Below, piece after piece: positions 45,026 through 56,500 of a stretch of 64,000 nucleotides of DNA. The stretch covers positions 4,750-68,749 of the IMG/VR virus record IMGVR_UViG_3300045963_000147; one strand, given 5' to 3'. This DNA comes from a virus. The notes under the pieces are model-generated. The model was given only the letters and a program-made list of their open reading frames with translations, was not told where the DNA came from and did not search any database. Position numbers and translations under genes: made by a program. Numbering within the stretch: the first letter of the stretch is position 1; each line of letters begins with the position of its first letter.

Positions 45026-47590
45026 ATGGCAACCCCATCGCAACGGCTACGGCAAGGGGCTTTCGGCGACATGGCCGATCAACTGACGCCTGAGCTGGGC
45101 GGTCCGACGATGGGGCCGAACGAGGGTCCGCAAACTCCCCGCGTGTGGAACCCACCGAAACCGACGCTTTACGGCGCCCCTGAAGGCGTCGCCACTGACC
45201 AGGGTGCTGCTGAAGGACTGCGGCGCAGCCGGCTTGCCATGCCGCCGAACGCCGGCCCTCAAACCCCGCGCGTGTGGAACCAGCCCGGCCCCACGTTGTT
45301 CGGGACGCCGGCCGGACCGACTGCGGACCTTGGCGCTGCCCAGGCAGTGTTGAGGGAAGGCGCCCGTATGGGGCCGAACGCCGGCCCGTCGCTCCCCGGC
45401 GGGATGGGGCCGAACACTGGCCCGACAGCTCCGTTGCCAATGGGGCCGAACTCTGGCCCTTCGATTCCAGGCGGGATGGGGCCAAACTCTGGTCCGTCGG
45501 TTCCTGGTGGAATGGGGCCGAACACAGGTCCGGTGCCGCAGGCCCCGTCGTCCGGTTGGTTCCGCAAGAACGCGCCCAGGACGGCGGCTTTCGGTGACGC
45601 CGCTGCCGGCTTTGCCGGCGACAAGCTGCGCATGGTGGCCAAGGGTGCTTCTGCCCTCGCCCCTGCCGTGCTGCCTCTCGTTGGCGGCTACGGCGCCTCG
45701 AAGTTCATCGACGCCGCCACCGACCGCGCCAACGCGAACACGCCCGACGCGCCCGCGCCTCAAGGCCCCGGGCAGATCCCCATCGACCCGAACGGCCCCA
45801 AGGCGCCGCAGGCCCAGCCGAGCAACTGGCTGCGCGACACCGAAACCGGCCGCAACATCGCCGCCGCCACGAACGCGCTCGGCCCGGTCGCTCCTGTCGC
45901 CAGCGAAGCGCTGCGCACAGGCACGGCCCTGGCCAACACATTCAGCGGCGTGTCGAAAGTGAGCGCACCGGCGCTGTCTGCGGCCACGCGCGCCGCGCCG
46001 ATGGTCGGAGCCGCAGCGGTGGGCGCCGGCATGGCGTCGCCTGAGCCGCAGTCGTTTGGTGGCGCCCCTGGCAAACCAAATCCGAACACCTACCTGCCGA
46101 ACTGGCGCGCCCTTGAATCCGGTGCGCGCGGCGACAACGATCTGCGCCGCAGTGACCGCGTCGGCGGCTACGTTCCGACGAACTTCGACGAGAACGGCAA
46201 GCCTGCGGGCAACCTGTCCAGCTACCTCGCTGGCGGCGGCGACGGCACGCCGTTCGACCCGATGGGTGGGCGCGGAGGTGGCAAAGATGGGCGCCTGCCC
46301 ACTGACCTCTTTCAGCTCCAGCAGGGTAGCGTCTACAAGACCGTGGACCCGAAGACCGGCCGCACCGTCTACAGCGGCGTCAACGTCAAAGAGAACGCCG
46401 ACATCCGCAACGGCAGCGGCGCCATGACCGGCCGGCTGCGCAACGGTCCCGACCAGAACGTAATTGACGGCGTCCCAATGGCCGCAGCAGGGATGGGTTT
46501 CAACCCGGGTGGTGCGGCGGCGACGCAGAAGGAACTCGCCGGGCTGGTGGCTGAGCGCAAGCTCCGCGAAGCCGATCAGGCCGCGCACATGCAGACCGAG
46601 CCCATCGGCTTCAGCGGCGAGACGATCTTCGACCGCCCCAACAAGAACAGCGGCAGTGGCTCGATGCCCAAGGGCATGTCCGGCCGGCAGCAGGTCGCGT
46701 GGCAGACACAGCAGGAAGCTCACGCTATCCAGCGCGAGCAGATGGGCCAGCAGCTACGCCTGGGCGTGATGGGCAACAACACCCAGATGCAAGTCGCGGG
46801 GATGAACAACGCCACGTCCCGGTCGAACAACACCGTCAACAACGACACCGCTCTGCGCGCGCAGGACATCCACCAGCAGACGGCGTTGGCGCCGCTCATG
46901 TTGGCTGCGCAGCAGCGCGCTGCTGCCGCACAGATTTACCAGAAGCTCGGCGCCGGCGGCAAAGACGGCAAGGCGGCGATCACCCCTGACCAGCACCGAC
47001 AGGCCGGCGACATGATGCACGCCTACGGCCTAACCGACCTCGGCGACAAGGCCTACGCCGCCGCTACCTCGGGGCAGGCGATCAAGGGCACCCAGTCGAA
47101 GCAGGCGCGCGACGACCACGACGACCTTGTCGGAGCCTTCCAGGACGATCCGCGCTTCAACACGCCGGACCCGAAAGACCCGAACAAGACCGTGTTCGAC
47201 AAAGCCGGTGCAGAGCGCGCGGCGACGGCGATGCAGAACGCCTACGGCCCGAAGCTCGACAACCTGTCACAGGACGAGAAGAAGGCAGCGAAGGGCGACA
47301 TCGTGGCTGAACAGCAGCTCACCGACCGGCTGCGCCAGCCTGAGATGGGGTTCGGCGACCACATTGCGAGCGTCTTCGGCCAGTACCGCAAGCCGCAGGA
47401 CAACACCGTGCTGCCGAACCTGCGCGACCTGACGCCGCGCCGACGGGGATTTAGCGTCATCCCGGGCCACGACCAGAACGACATCCTGCTGGAGAAACCA
47501 AACGGCCCGACCTACAACGCCGGCAACCTGACCGACGCGCAGATCAAAGCGCTCGAAACACGCGGTCTGAACGCGAAAGGCCTCCGCTGA
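45026..47590 (+). CDS. Putative DNA ejection/internal virion protein with Pro/Gly repeats
   Basis: 854 aa; MGPNxGP repeats; precedes the giant virion gene. Confidence 0.75.
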   Translation: MATPSQRLRQGAFGDMADQLTPELGGPTMGPNEGPQTPRVWNPPKPTLYGAPEGVATDQGAAEGLRRSRLAMPPNAGPQTPRVWNQPGPTLFGTPAGPTADLGAAQAVLREGARMGPNAGPSLPGGMGPNTGPTAPLPMGPNSGPSIPGGMGPNSGPSVPGGMGPNTGPVPQAPSSGWFRKNAPRTAAFGDAAAGFAGDKLRMVAKGASALAPAVLPLVGGYGASKFIDAATDRANANTPDAPAPQGPGQIPIDPNGPKAPQAQPSNWLRDTETGRNIAAATNALGPVAPVASEALRTGTALANTFSGVSKVSAPALSAATRAAPMVGAAAVGAGMASPEPQSFGGAPGKPNPNTYLPNWRALESGARGDNDLRRSDRVGGYVPTNFDENGKPAGNLSSYLAGGGDGTPFDPMGGRGGGKDGRLPTDLFQLQQGSVYKTVDPKTGRTVYSGVNVKENADIRNGSGAMTGRLRNGPDQNVIDGVPMAAAGMGFNPGGAAATQKELAGLVAERKLREADQAAHMQTEPIGFSGETIFDRPNKNSGSGSMPKGMSGRQQVAWQTQQEAHAIQREQMGQQLRLGVMGNNTQMQVAGMNNATSRSNNTVNNDTALRAQDIHQQTALAPLMLAAQQRAAAAQIYQKLGAGGKDGKAAITPDQHRQAGDMMHAYGLTDLGDKAYAAATSGQAIKGTQSKQARDDHDDLVGAFQDDPRFNTPDPKDPNKTVFDKAGAERAATAMQNAYGPKLDNLSQDEKKAAKGDIVAEQQLTDRLRQPEMGFGDHIASVFGQYRKPQDNTVLPNLRDLTPRRRGFSVIPGHDQNDILLEKPNGPTYNAGNLTDAQIKALETRGLNAKGLR

Positions 47591-50500
47591 TGGCCACGCT
47601 GCGCGACCTGGGCGTTACCCCCACCAGCCCGCAGGGGCCTACGACTCTGCGCGACCTGGGCGTCGTGGCTAACGCTCCGATGGATGCCGCCAGCCAGCAG
47701 TTCATGGACCAGTCCGCCGCCAACGGGATGGGCCAGCTCCGCAAGGGCTTCACCTCTGGCCTCTACGGCGGCGACGCCAACGCCCTGGCGTCTCAGGTCT
47801 CGTCGCTGCGCGCGTCGGGCCGCACCGCTGAGGCCGACGCCCTGATGCCGCAGATCGAAGCGGCGAATCAGCGCGCAGCCACGTTCGCGCCGGCCGAGCC
47901 CAGCCTCTACAACATCGGCCTGGACGGCGCACTGCGCAACCCGGGCCGGGTGCTGGACTGGGGCCTGGGCGCCGCAGGGCAGGGCACGGCCAGCATGGTC
48001 GAGCCGATCGGCGCTGAACTCGTCGTCGCTGGCGCCGGCAAGGTGCTGGGTGCGCTGCCGTGGGCGCCGGCCAAGATGCTGGGCAAGGGCCTCCAGTACG
48101 CTGCGCCGCTCGCCGCCGGGGCGCTGAACTACCGCCAGAACAAGGGCGAGTTCGTGCAGGACGCCTGGAAAGACCCGGCGATCATGGCGAAGACGCCGCA
48201 GGAGATTGAGAACGCCGCCATGGTCCACGGCGCCCTGGCTGGCTCGCTGGACACGGCCCTGCCGCACATGGTCTCGAACCGGCTGCTGGGTAAGGGCGGC
48301 ATCAAGGCCCTGGAGGGCCTCTCCAAGCCCGCGAAGGTGGGTCTGGACCTGTTGGGTGAGGGTACGACCGAAACGATGCAGGAGGGCATCAAGAAGGGCG
48401 CGCTGAGCTACCTGAACCCCAACCGGGACAAGAGCGGCGACCTGGGCGACTACGTGGACTCGTTCGCGGGTGGCGTGGCCGGCGCCGGCCCGGTCAGCGG
48501 GCTGAGTCACCTCGCCGCTTCCGGCCACGCCCGGGTGGCCACGCCCGACGGCGCGAGCAACGACGTGAGCGGCAAGCCCGCTGCGCCAGCACCCGAGGAC
48601 AAGAGCCTCAAGGGCACGATCCTGAAGCGCGCCAAGGAGCAGAAGGTCGACGGGAAAGAGCTGGACGACTGGCACAACCTGATGAGCGGGCAGGACGCCG
48701 AGGGGAACGTCTCTGGCGCGACCATCCTGGCACAGGAGGACGCGGTCAAGAAGGAGCTGGAGGCCCGCGCGGGTCGCGGCGACCAGGAAGCAGCGAAGCA
48801 CCTGGACACCATCAACAACGACCCGGGCGACGGGTCTGCGGACGGCGCGGTCCACAACGCCGCGACCTACATCAAGGGCGACGGCTCGCCGGCCGCACGC
48901 GCCAAGCTCATCGAGGCTTTCAACGGCCGCAAGAAGAACGAGCAGGGCGCGAAGTCCTCGCCCGAGGAAGAGCTGGCCGCGCGCCTCGCCGAGGACGCTG
49001 TTCCTGAGCGAATGAAGTACGAGTCGGACGACAAGGGCTACTTCACGAACCTGCGGGCGAAGGCACGCGACATCGGCGAGAACATCGCTGTGCTGGCGCG
49101 CAGCTACAAGACCGAGAAGGTCGACTCGTTCTCCGACGGCCTGCTCGACTCCGTGGCCCATGAGGCGGTGGACCTGTGGGGCGGCAAGAACGCCCAGGCC
49201 ACCGTTGCCAGGATCGCCACGGCGCTGGGCGTCGAGAAGACCCCGGCGATGCAGCAGCTCCAGCAGGCGCTGGCCGGGTCTGAGCAGCGCAAGCAGTGGA
49301 ACGAGACGCGCACCACGAACCGCACCAACGCGGCGGAGCGCATCGTCAAGCTCATCCCGACTGAGCAGAAGCTCAAGCTCCACAAGGCCGGCATCGACCT
49401 GACGGACCCGGGCGTGGCCGACTCGATGCTCCACGCGACGCAGAAGTTCCTGGCGAAGGACAGCCCGCACGCGCGCATCGAGTTCAACAAGTTGATGGGC
49501 GGCGCGAAGGTCGCCGACGCGGTGCTGAACTTCGTCAAGACTTCGAAGATCGAAGAACGAGACCCGGCAGAACACAAGCCGGGAGACTCCCGGGAAAAGG
49601 ACGGGAAAGAGGACACGACCCCCGCCGAGAGCGACGACGTGACCCAGCCCGGGGCTTCGCCGTCAGACGACTTGTCGAACGAGAACGAAGACGACAAGTG
49701 GGTGCTGGACGGCGCCAACAAGAACATGGCGAAGGCCCCTGGTGCCAAGCTGTACGGTCTGCGCGGTGAGACCCACCTTCGCGACGGCCTGGAGTCCCAC
49801 CCCTTCACCGAGAACGCCAACAAGCGCCTGCCATCGCTCGTCACCGAGGACCAGACCGACGAAGGCGACGGCAAGAACTCACTGCTCGGCATGCAGGAGC
49901 GGGCGCACAAGTCGCTGGGTGGCGTGCTGGACGACGAGGTCAAGCAGAGCGGCACGTTCGGCGTGGGCTCGTACCGGGTCCGCGCCGTCTCTGCGAAGGA
50001 GGTCATGGACAACCACCGCGTCTCGATCCCCCAGCGGATCAACCTGCTGCGCCGGTACCTCGCCCAAGAGCCTGCCTCGAAGCTCGCTACCGAAGCCGCG
50101 AAGAAAGCCAAGGCTGCGGGCGCTCCCGACAAGGAGGTGCGTAAAGTACGTGAGGCGGCGTACAACAAGGCCTACGACGAGGCGTTCAACAGTGAACACT
50201 TCGACGCCGTGCGCAGGCTCGGCCTGGAGATTTACAAGGGCCACGTCGCCCCGACGATCGGCGAAGACCGTGGCACCTCCGACGACATCAAGCGCGCGGG
50301 TGACAGCAAGATCACTGCTGCCAAGCGTGAGCGGCTCCGCCAGGAGCTGACACGCATGGCGACGCAGGTAGGCGTCGAAGAATTCGGCGGCGAGAACGCC
50401 GACCTCTCGACCCTGGCAAACGGTTTCTTCAGCAACCGCTTCCTCGTCACGGCCGAGCAGATGGCTGAGAAGGATCAGCTCCGTCTGAACGTGGCTGAAG

Positions 50501-53500
50501 TCGTGAGCATGATCCGCCACGGTGCTGAGTTGGAGAACTACACCGACCAGTTCGGGGACACGAAGGCCGACGTCCTGGCCGGCATGAACCTGATTCGCTT
50601 TCCGTCCCCCTACGCCACGGCCAAGGACGGCATTGCGGTGGTGCCAGCAGGCGACCTCGTGTCGTGGGCGAACCGCAATCGCACTGAGTTCGAAGACGAC
50701 GACAGCGGCTCGAAGAAGCCGTATGCCTACCGCGACTCGTTGATGGAAGCCATCGGGGCGCTGGTGGTTGACGACTTTGCCACTGCGCTGCCGCACGTCA
50801 TCAACGCCAAAGGGAAAGAGGAACACTTCGGCAACAAGAAGCACCCGTTCCCGCCGTCGATGAAGCTGGGCCGCTCCGAGCAGTGGCGCCTGGACTACAG
50901 GGATGAGATGCGGCAGGCCGAAGCTGCCGAGCGGTCCGCCGCCGAAGCCCGTGACGGTCGCCCGATGAAGGCCGGCGAGAACACACGTGATGCACGCAGC
51001 GGGCTGCTGCACCAGGAGCGGATGGCGAAGGAGCAGGGGCCTGACCCGGCAGTCGACAAAGACAGTGGTGTCCCCGACGAGTTCCGACACCCTGGTGCTG
51101 AACGCGGTGCAGCGGAACGTCGCGCCACGCCGCCTGAAGCCGGCGCACAGGGTGAGATGTTCGAGGGCGGCACGAAGTCGAACAATGGCGCTCTGAAGAG
51201 CTACCGAAGCGGCAGCGAGATTCGCCAAGAGCATGCCGGCGTCCCAGAGACCGCAACTCACGAGCCTCGCGGCTCAGCCGAGCGCTTCTGGGACGCACCC
51301 GAGCTGGACGACAAGCGCACCGATCGCGCCGACGCTGTGCCGTCCGAGCGAGTGCGCAAGCAGAAGAAGGGTGTGCCGACGGAGTTCACCGATCAGCAGC
51401 AACAGTCTTCTGTCGCCCGCTCGGCTCAAGACAAGGTCGAGACCTTGACGGCCACCAACGCGATGAGTCGTGCGGCAGTGATCGCCGGGCACGTGCTGCG
51501 CATGTTCGACATGCTCCAGCCGACGCCGATGAAAGTCGGCAAGGAAGACCGCGTCATCAAGAGCGACGTGCAGGCGGACCCGGCTCGTGCGTACGAGATG
51601 CTGAAGCAGTTGGGCCGTGCGCTCGACCGCCCGAGCTACATCGACGAGAAAAGCTCGAAGGGGTTGGAGGGCAAGGACCAGCTCGCCGGTGGCAAGTTCT
51701 ACGCTGCCCCGCTCGCGCACATCTTGACGCCGAAGAACTCGAACGTCCTGGTGAGCATAGCGCGCGACCCAGCGAAGGCGAAGGCCACGCTGCGGGCAAT
51801 GCGCGGCAAGGTCGCCCAGGCTCTGCTGGACGCTAAGCAGAGCGAGATTGCTGCGCACGACCGGCTGACGCTGGCGAAGTTGTTGACCGGCCAGGAAGAC
51901 CTGAAGTTCGGCAAGCCGATGAAGGAGGCGCTGGAGAAGCTGCTGCCGGCGCCGAAGGTCGAGGTGAAGACTGAGTCCGCTGCTGCGTCGGCGCCGCGCA
52001 CCCAGGCTGAGTCGGCTGCACATCAGGCGAAGGTGAACGACCCAGCGAACATCGCCAGGACCAAGGCGGCGCGCGTCGACGATGAGCCGGCGTTTGCGCC
52101 CTCCCTTGCGAAGCAGACATCCTGGGTCGCCGACAAACTGAACCAGTCCCTCGGCGCGCTCACCGCCGCCATCAAAGGCTTCACGGGCGAGCAACTGCTG
52201 GCCCTGGGCGACGTGATGCAGCAGGACGTGCCGGCGGGCGCCAGCAAGGTGCGCTGGGGCAACGCCCGGCAGCACATCGAGGACCGCATCTACGACACGG
52301 TGACTGCTGAGCAGGTGCTTGCGCACGAGGCGAAGACGGCCGAGCCCGCCCCTTCAAAGGGCGACGTCTCCGAACAAGCCCGCGCGCTTATGGCCGAGAA
52401 GAAACACCTGTGGAGCCCTGAAGCATTCGACGACCAGGGACACAGCGCCTACAACACGGGCGTCGATTCCCTCCTGCAAGACGCTGAGGATGACACCTTC
52501 GCGTTCGACCGCAAGACCGGCGCCCCAAACATGACCGTCTACAAGAAGTTCATGGTCGCTGTCGAGAAGCGCAAGCCTGAACTGAAGGCTTTTGCCCAGG
52601 CCGTCTGGGACCGCTCGGCCGCTCAAGCAGCACACGTCGCCAAGGCAGATGCGTTCTTCCTGAAGAACCGCGAAGCGCTCGCCAACCACCCCGACGCGAT
52701 GAAGAACTTCGCCGGGGACATCAAGCGCGTCGGGCAAGCACAAGCGCGCGGGAACGAAGGGAAGGTGTGGGGCATCCACGCCGACCTGATGCAGCAGATG
52801 TTCGAGCGCCGTGGAGATGAGGCGTGGCGCAAGGCTCAGATCGCGGACAAGGAAAAGCGCCTCGCGAAGTACATGGCCGAGAGCGGCAAGGCGACCAGCG
52901 CGACCGGGTTCATGAGCATCATCCAGAAGGAAATTGACCTGTTGAAGGCCAACGACCTCCAGGGGATGATTACTTCTGCGGCTAAGTTCCGGGAGCCGAA
53001 CGATTTCCGCCGCAGCAATTACCCAGGTTTCCCCGAGCCGAACCTCAAGGCCGAACCGACGACGAAGCCCGCCCCTCTCTCCGAGATGGAGCGCGACGCG
53101 AGTGCGCGCAAGCTGAACGAGATGGGCGCCCACCCGCTGCTGACCGGCGTCACTGCCACGGTCGCTGACACCCAGTCGATCATGCGCATGCTGGGCTTCA
53201 AGGCTGCGCCGCCGAAGTTCGCAGACGTGGCCGGCAAGCTCCTGGCCGACCCGAACATCAACATCGCCAAGTTCGTCAAGGACAGCGCCGAGGCGTTGAG
53301 CCACATCCTGACGAAGGGGCCGCAGGCCAAAGAACTGCGCGAGGCTCTGTCCAGCGACACGTGGTTCGCGCAGCGCGCCAAGATTACTGCCAACCTCGTG
53401 AAGGGCGGGATGATGCGCGGCGATGCACTCGTCGAGTCCTACCGCGTCCTGACCGAACAGGCGCTGATGGGCGAGTTGGCCGCACGCACGAAAGCAGACC

Positions 53501-56500
53501 AGAGCGTCATCGCCCGCCTGATGCAGGCGGTGCAGGACTTCGTCTCGCGCTTCAAGGAGATGACGGGCTCAGCCGAGTTCGCCGACCTCGTGCGCAACCA
53601 CCTGAACAAGGCCGTCGAAGCTGCCAACACGCCGGCGCAGTTGAAGGAGGGCTACAAGAAGGTCTCGTTCCAGGAGGCGATTGACGCTGACAAGCAGTCG
53701 GCCCGGGTGCTGGCGCACATGAGCCTGAACCCGAATGTCGCCATCACCGGCAGCATCGTCCTGGCCGAGAGCGGCTCGATCTACCGCGACGCGAAGAACA
53801 TGCTGCACGACCTGGACTTCCTGGTCACGGGCACGAAGGACGCAGCCGAAGCGTGGCTGCGCAAGGGCTTCCCCGACGCCACCCAGGTCTACGACTTCAA
53901 CACCAGCAACGGCAAGGTGGACAGCTTCCTCGTGCCGCCGGCCGGCGCGACGATCGAGAACATCAAGCGCGAGTTCGGAGAGAAGGGCCGGGTGCTGGGC
54001 TTCGAGGTCCACAAGGACGGCAAGGTGATCGGCCGCACGTGGAACGACGAGAAGGGCGAGCACAAGGAGGGCGATGCCGGCACGTTCGTTGACCTGTTCA
54101 CGAACAGCGGCACCGAAGTTGCCTCGACCATCCCCTTCACGGTCGGCGGCAAGCAGTTGTCGATCAAGGCTGCGAACCCGGCGGCGATCTTCAACGCGAA
54201 GCTCAACATGGGCCGCGAGAAGGACATGAACGACTACGGCCGCTACGTGCCGAATGTCGGGCGCCAGCTCAACGAGCAAGCTGCGCCGACCGCAGCCGAC
54301 ATTCAGTCCTCAGCCAACGCCGCCCCCAAAGACGAGGCCATCGCCAAAGTCAAGGCCTACGTCGCCAAGGTGCTTGGCCCGAAAGTCCGTGTCGCCTTCG
54401 AGGAAGTCTTCGACGCCGCTGGCGAGTGGATCGACGCCGAGAACCTGATGAAGATCGCCCTCAACGGCGGGCCGGGCATGGAGACCGTCGCCCACCACGA
54501 GGCGATGCACGCCTTCTTCAGCCGGCTGATGAAGCACAACCCCGAAGCCGCCGAGAAGCTCAAGCGCGTGCTGGGTGAGGGTGAGACCTACGAGCGCCTG
54601 AAGGCCCTGCTCCACGGCGAGACGAAGGCCCTGGAAGCCATGGCCCGTGACCCTGAGGAGCGCGTCGCCTACGCATTCCAGTTCTGGGCTGCTGGCCGGC
54701 TCGAAGTGGACAAGCCGGCGACGACGATGTTCGCCAAGTTTCGCCGGCTGCTGCGCAAGGTGTTCGGCATGGTGCGCGAAAGCGAGACCGCGCTGGACAT
54801 CATGACCGCCTTCCACGACGGCAAGCTGGCCGACGAGAACGCCGCCGGCAAGGCCATCAAGAAGATCATGGACCGCGAGACGTGGAACGAGGACCAGAAG
54901 CGCAAAGCCGACCGTCTGTTCCAGCGCATGCACTACGAGCTGGACCCGTCGATCGACATCTTCCGCAAGGAAGACCTCAGCTCGATCATCCGTGACCTGG
55001 GCAACTCGTTCTTCACCAACCCGGGCGAAGAGGCTGACGGCCAGCACGAGCCGGGCTTCATCAATGCGCGCGGCACGATGATGCGCAAGTTCTCGAACTG
55101 GCTCGACCGGGCCGTCGGCACGCGCACGACGCTGAACGACTCGGACCGCTTGGCGGTGATCGAGGCGCTGCAAGGTGAGAACGGCCCGAAGAACCTTCAC
55201 CTCGCCGCGCAGAAGCAGGCCTACGCCGACGTCCACGCGCTGCTGGAGCGCTTCCACAAGTACGCCACGAGCCGCGGCATGAAGCTGGAGTACATCAGCG
55301 ACTACTTCCCGCGCGTCTGGGACTTGTCGAAGCTCATCGAAGGTGGCGGCAAGGAGAAGTTCGCCGCGATGGTGAACCAGAGCAAGTACGACAAGATCGT
55401 CGCCGACATGCTGGCCGGCATCAACCAGAAGCTGCCTGCTGCACAGCACAAGACGAAGGAGCAGTTGATCGAGGCCATGCACCGGCAGTTGATCGACCGC
55501 AACGGCGTGGACGAGAACGACATGCTGGCCGAGTCCGACATGGGCGACCTGATCTTCAAGCCGTTCTTCGCGTCAGGCAAGGAGCGCAACTTCAAGTGGC
55601 TCGACAAGAACGATGTCCGGGATTTCCTGGAGAAAGACCTCATCGGTGCCATGTCGCGCTACCTCCAGCAGGGCGTGCGCGCCGCTGAGTTCTCGCACAA
55701 GTTCGGCGAGGGTGGCCAGAAGCTGAAGAAGGCGCTCGTGATGAAGGGCGACCTGGAGATGGACCCCTCGACCGGCAAGCTGGAGCCGCGCCCCACGTAC
55801 GGCCCGGCCGAGAACCAGATGTACAGCGCCCTGGCCGAGAAGGGCATCAAGGGCGACGAGGCGAAGGCCATGGTGGACCGCCGCATGCGCAACGCGCGCA
55901 ACGCCGCTGCGGCCATGGAGGGCTCGCTGGGCGGTGACATCAGCGACAGCTTCCGCAAGGCCTCCAGCGCCATGATCGCCTACCAGAACCTGCGCCTGCT
56001 GCCGCTGAGCCTGTTCGCTGCCTTCGGCGACATCGCCGGCATTGCAGCGCGCAACGACAAGGACGGCTGGACGGGCGCCTACGAGGCCTTCATCGGCGGC
56101 ATGAAGGACGTGTTCGCCAACTGGAAGCGCAACGCCAGCGACATGCCCGGCCCGCGCAAGGTGAGCGTCATGGAGAACATCGCTGAGGCCATCGGCGCGG
56201 TGGACAGCCATATGTTCCTCGAACAGGTCGGCAAGGCCCACACCAGCGAGTTCATGACCGACACGGCGCGCAACATCGGCCGCAAGCTGTTCATGGTCAA
56301 CGGCTTGACCGCCTGGGACCGCAGCATGCGCGTGACGGCCACGAAGTTCGCCATGCAGTTCCTGGAGCGCCACAAGAGCCTGCCCGACAAGCAGCACAGC
56401 GCCCGGTGGTTGGCCGAGGTCGGCCTGAAGCCCGAGGACATCACCCTGAATGCCGACGGGAAGCTGGTCTGGGACCGCCGAGAGTTGGCCGCGATGCGCA

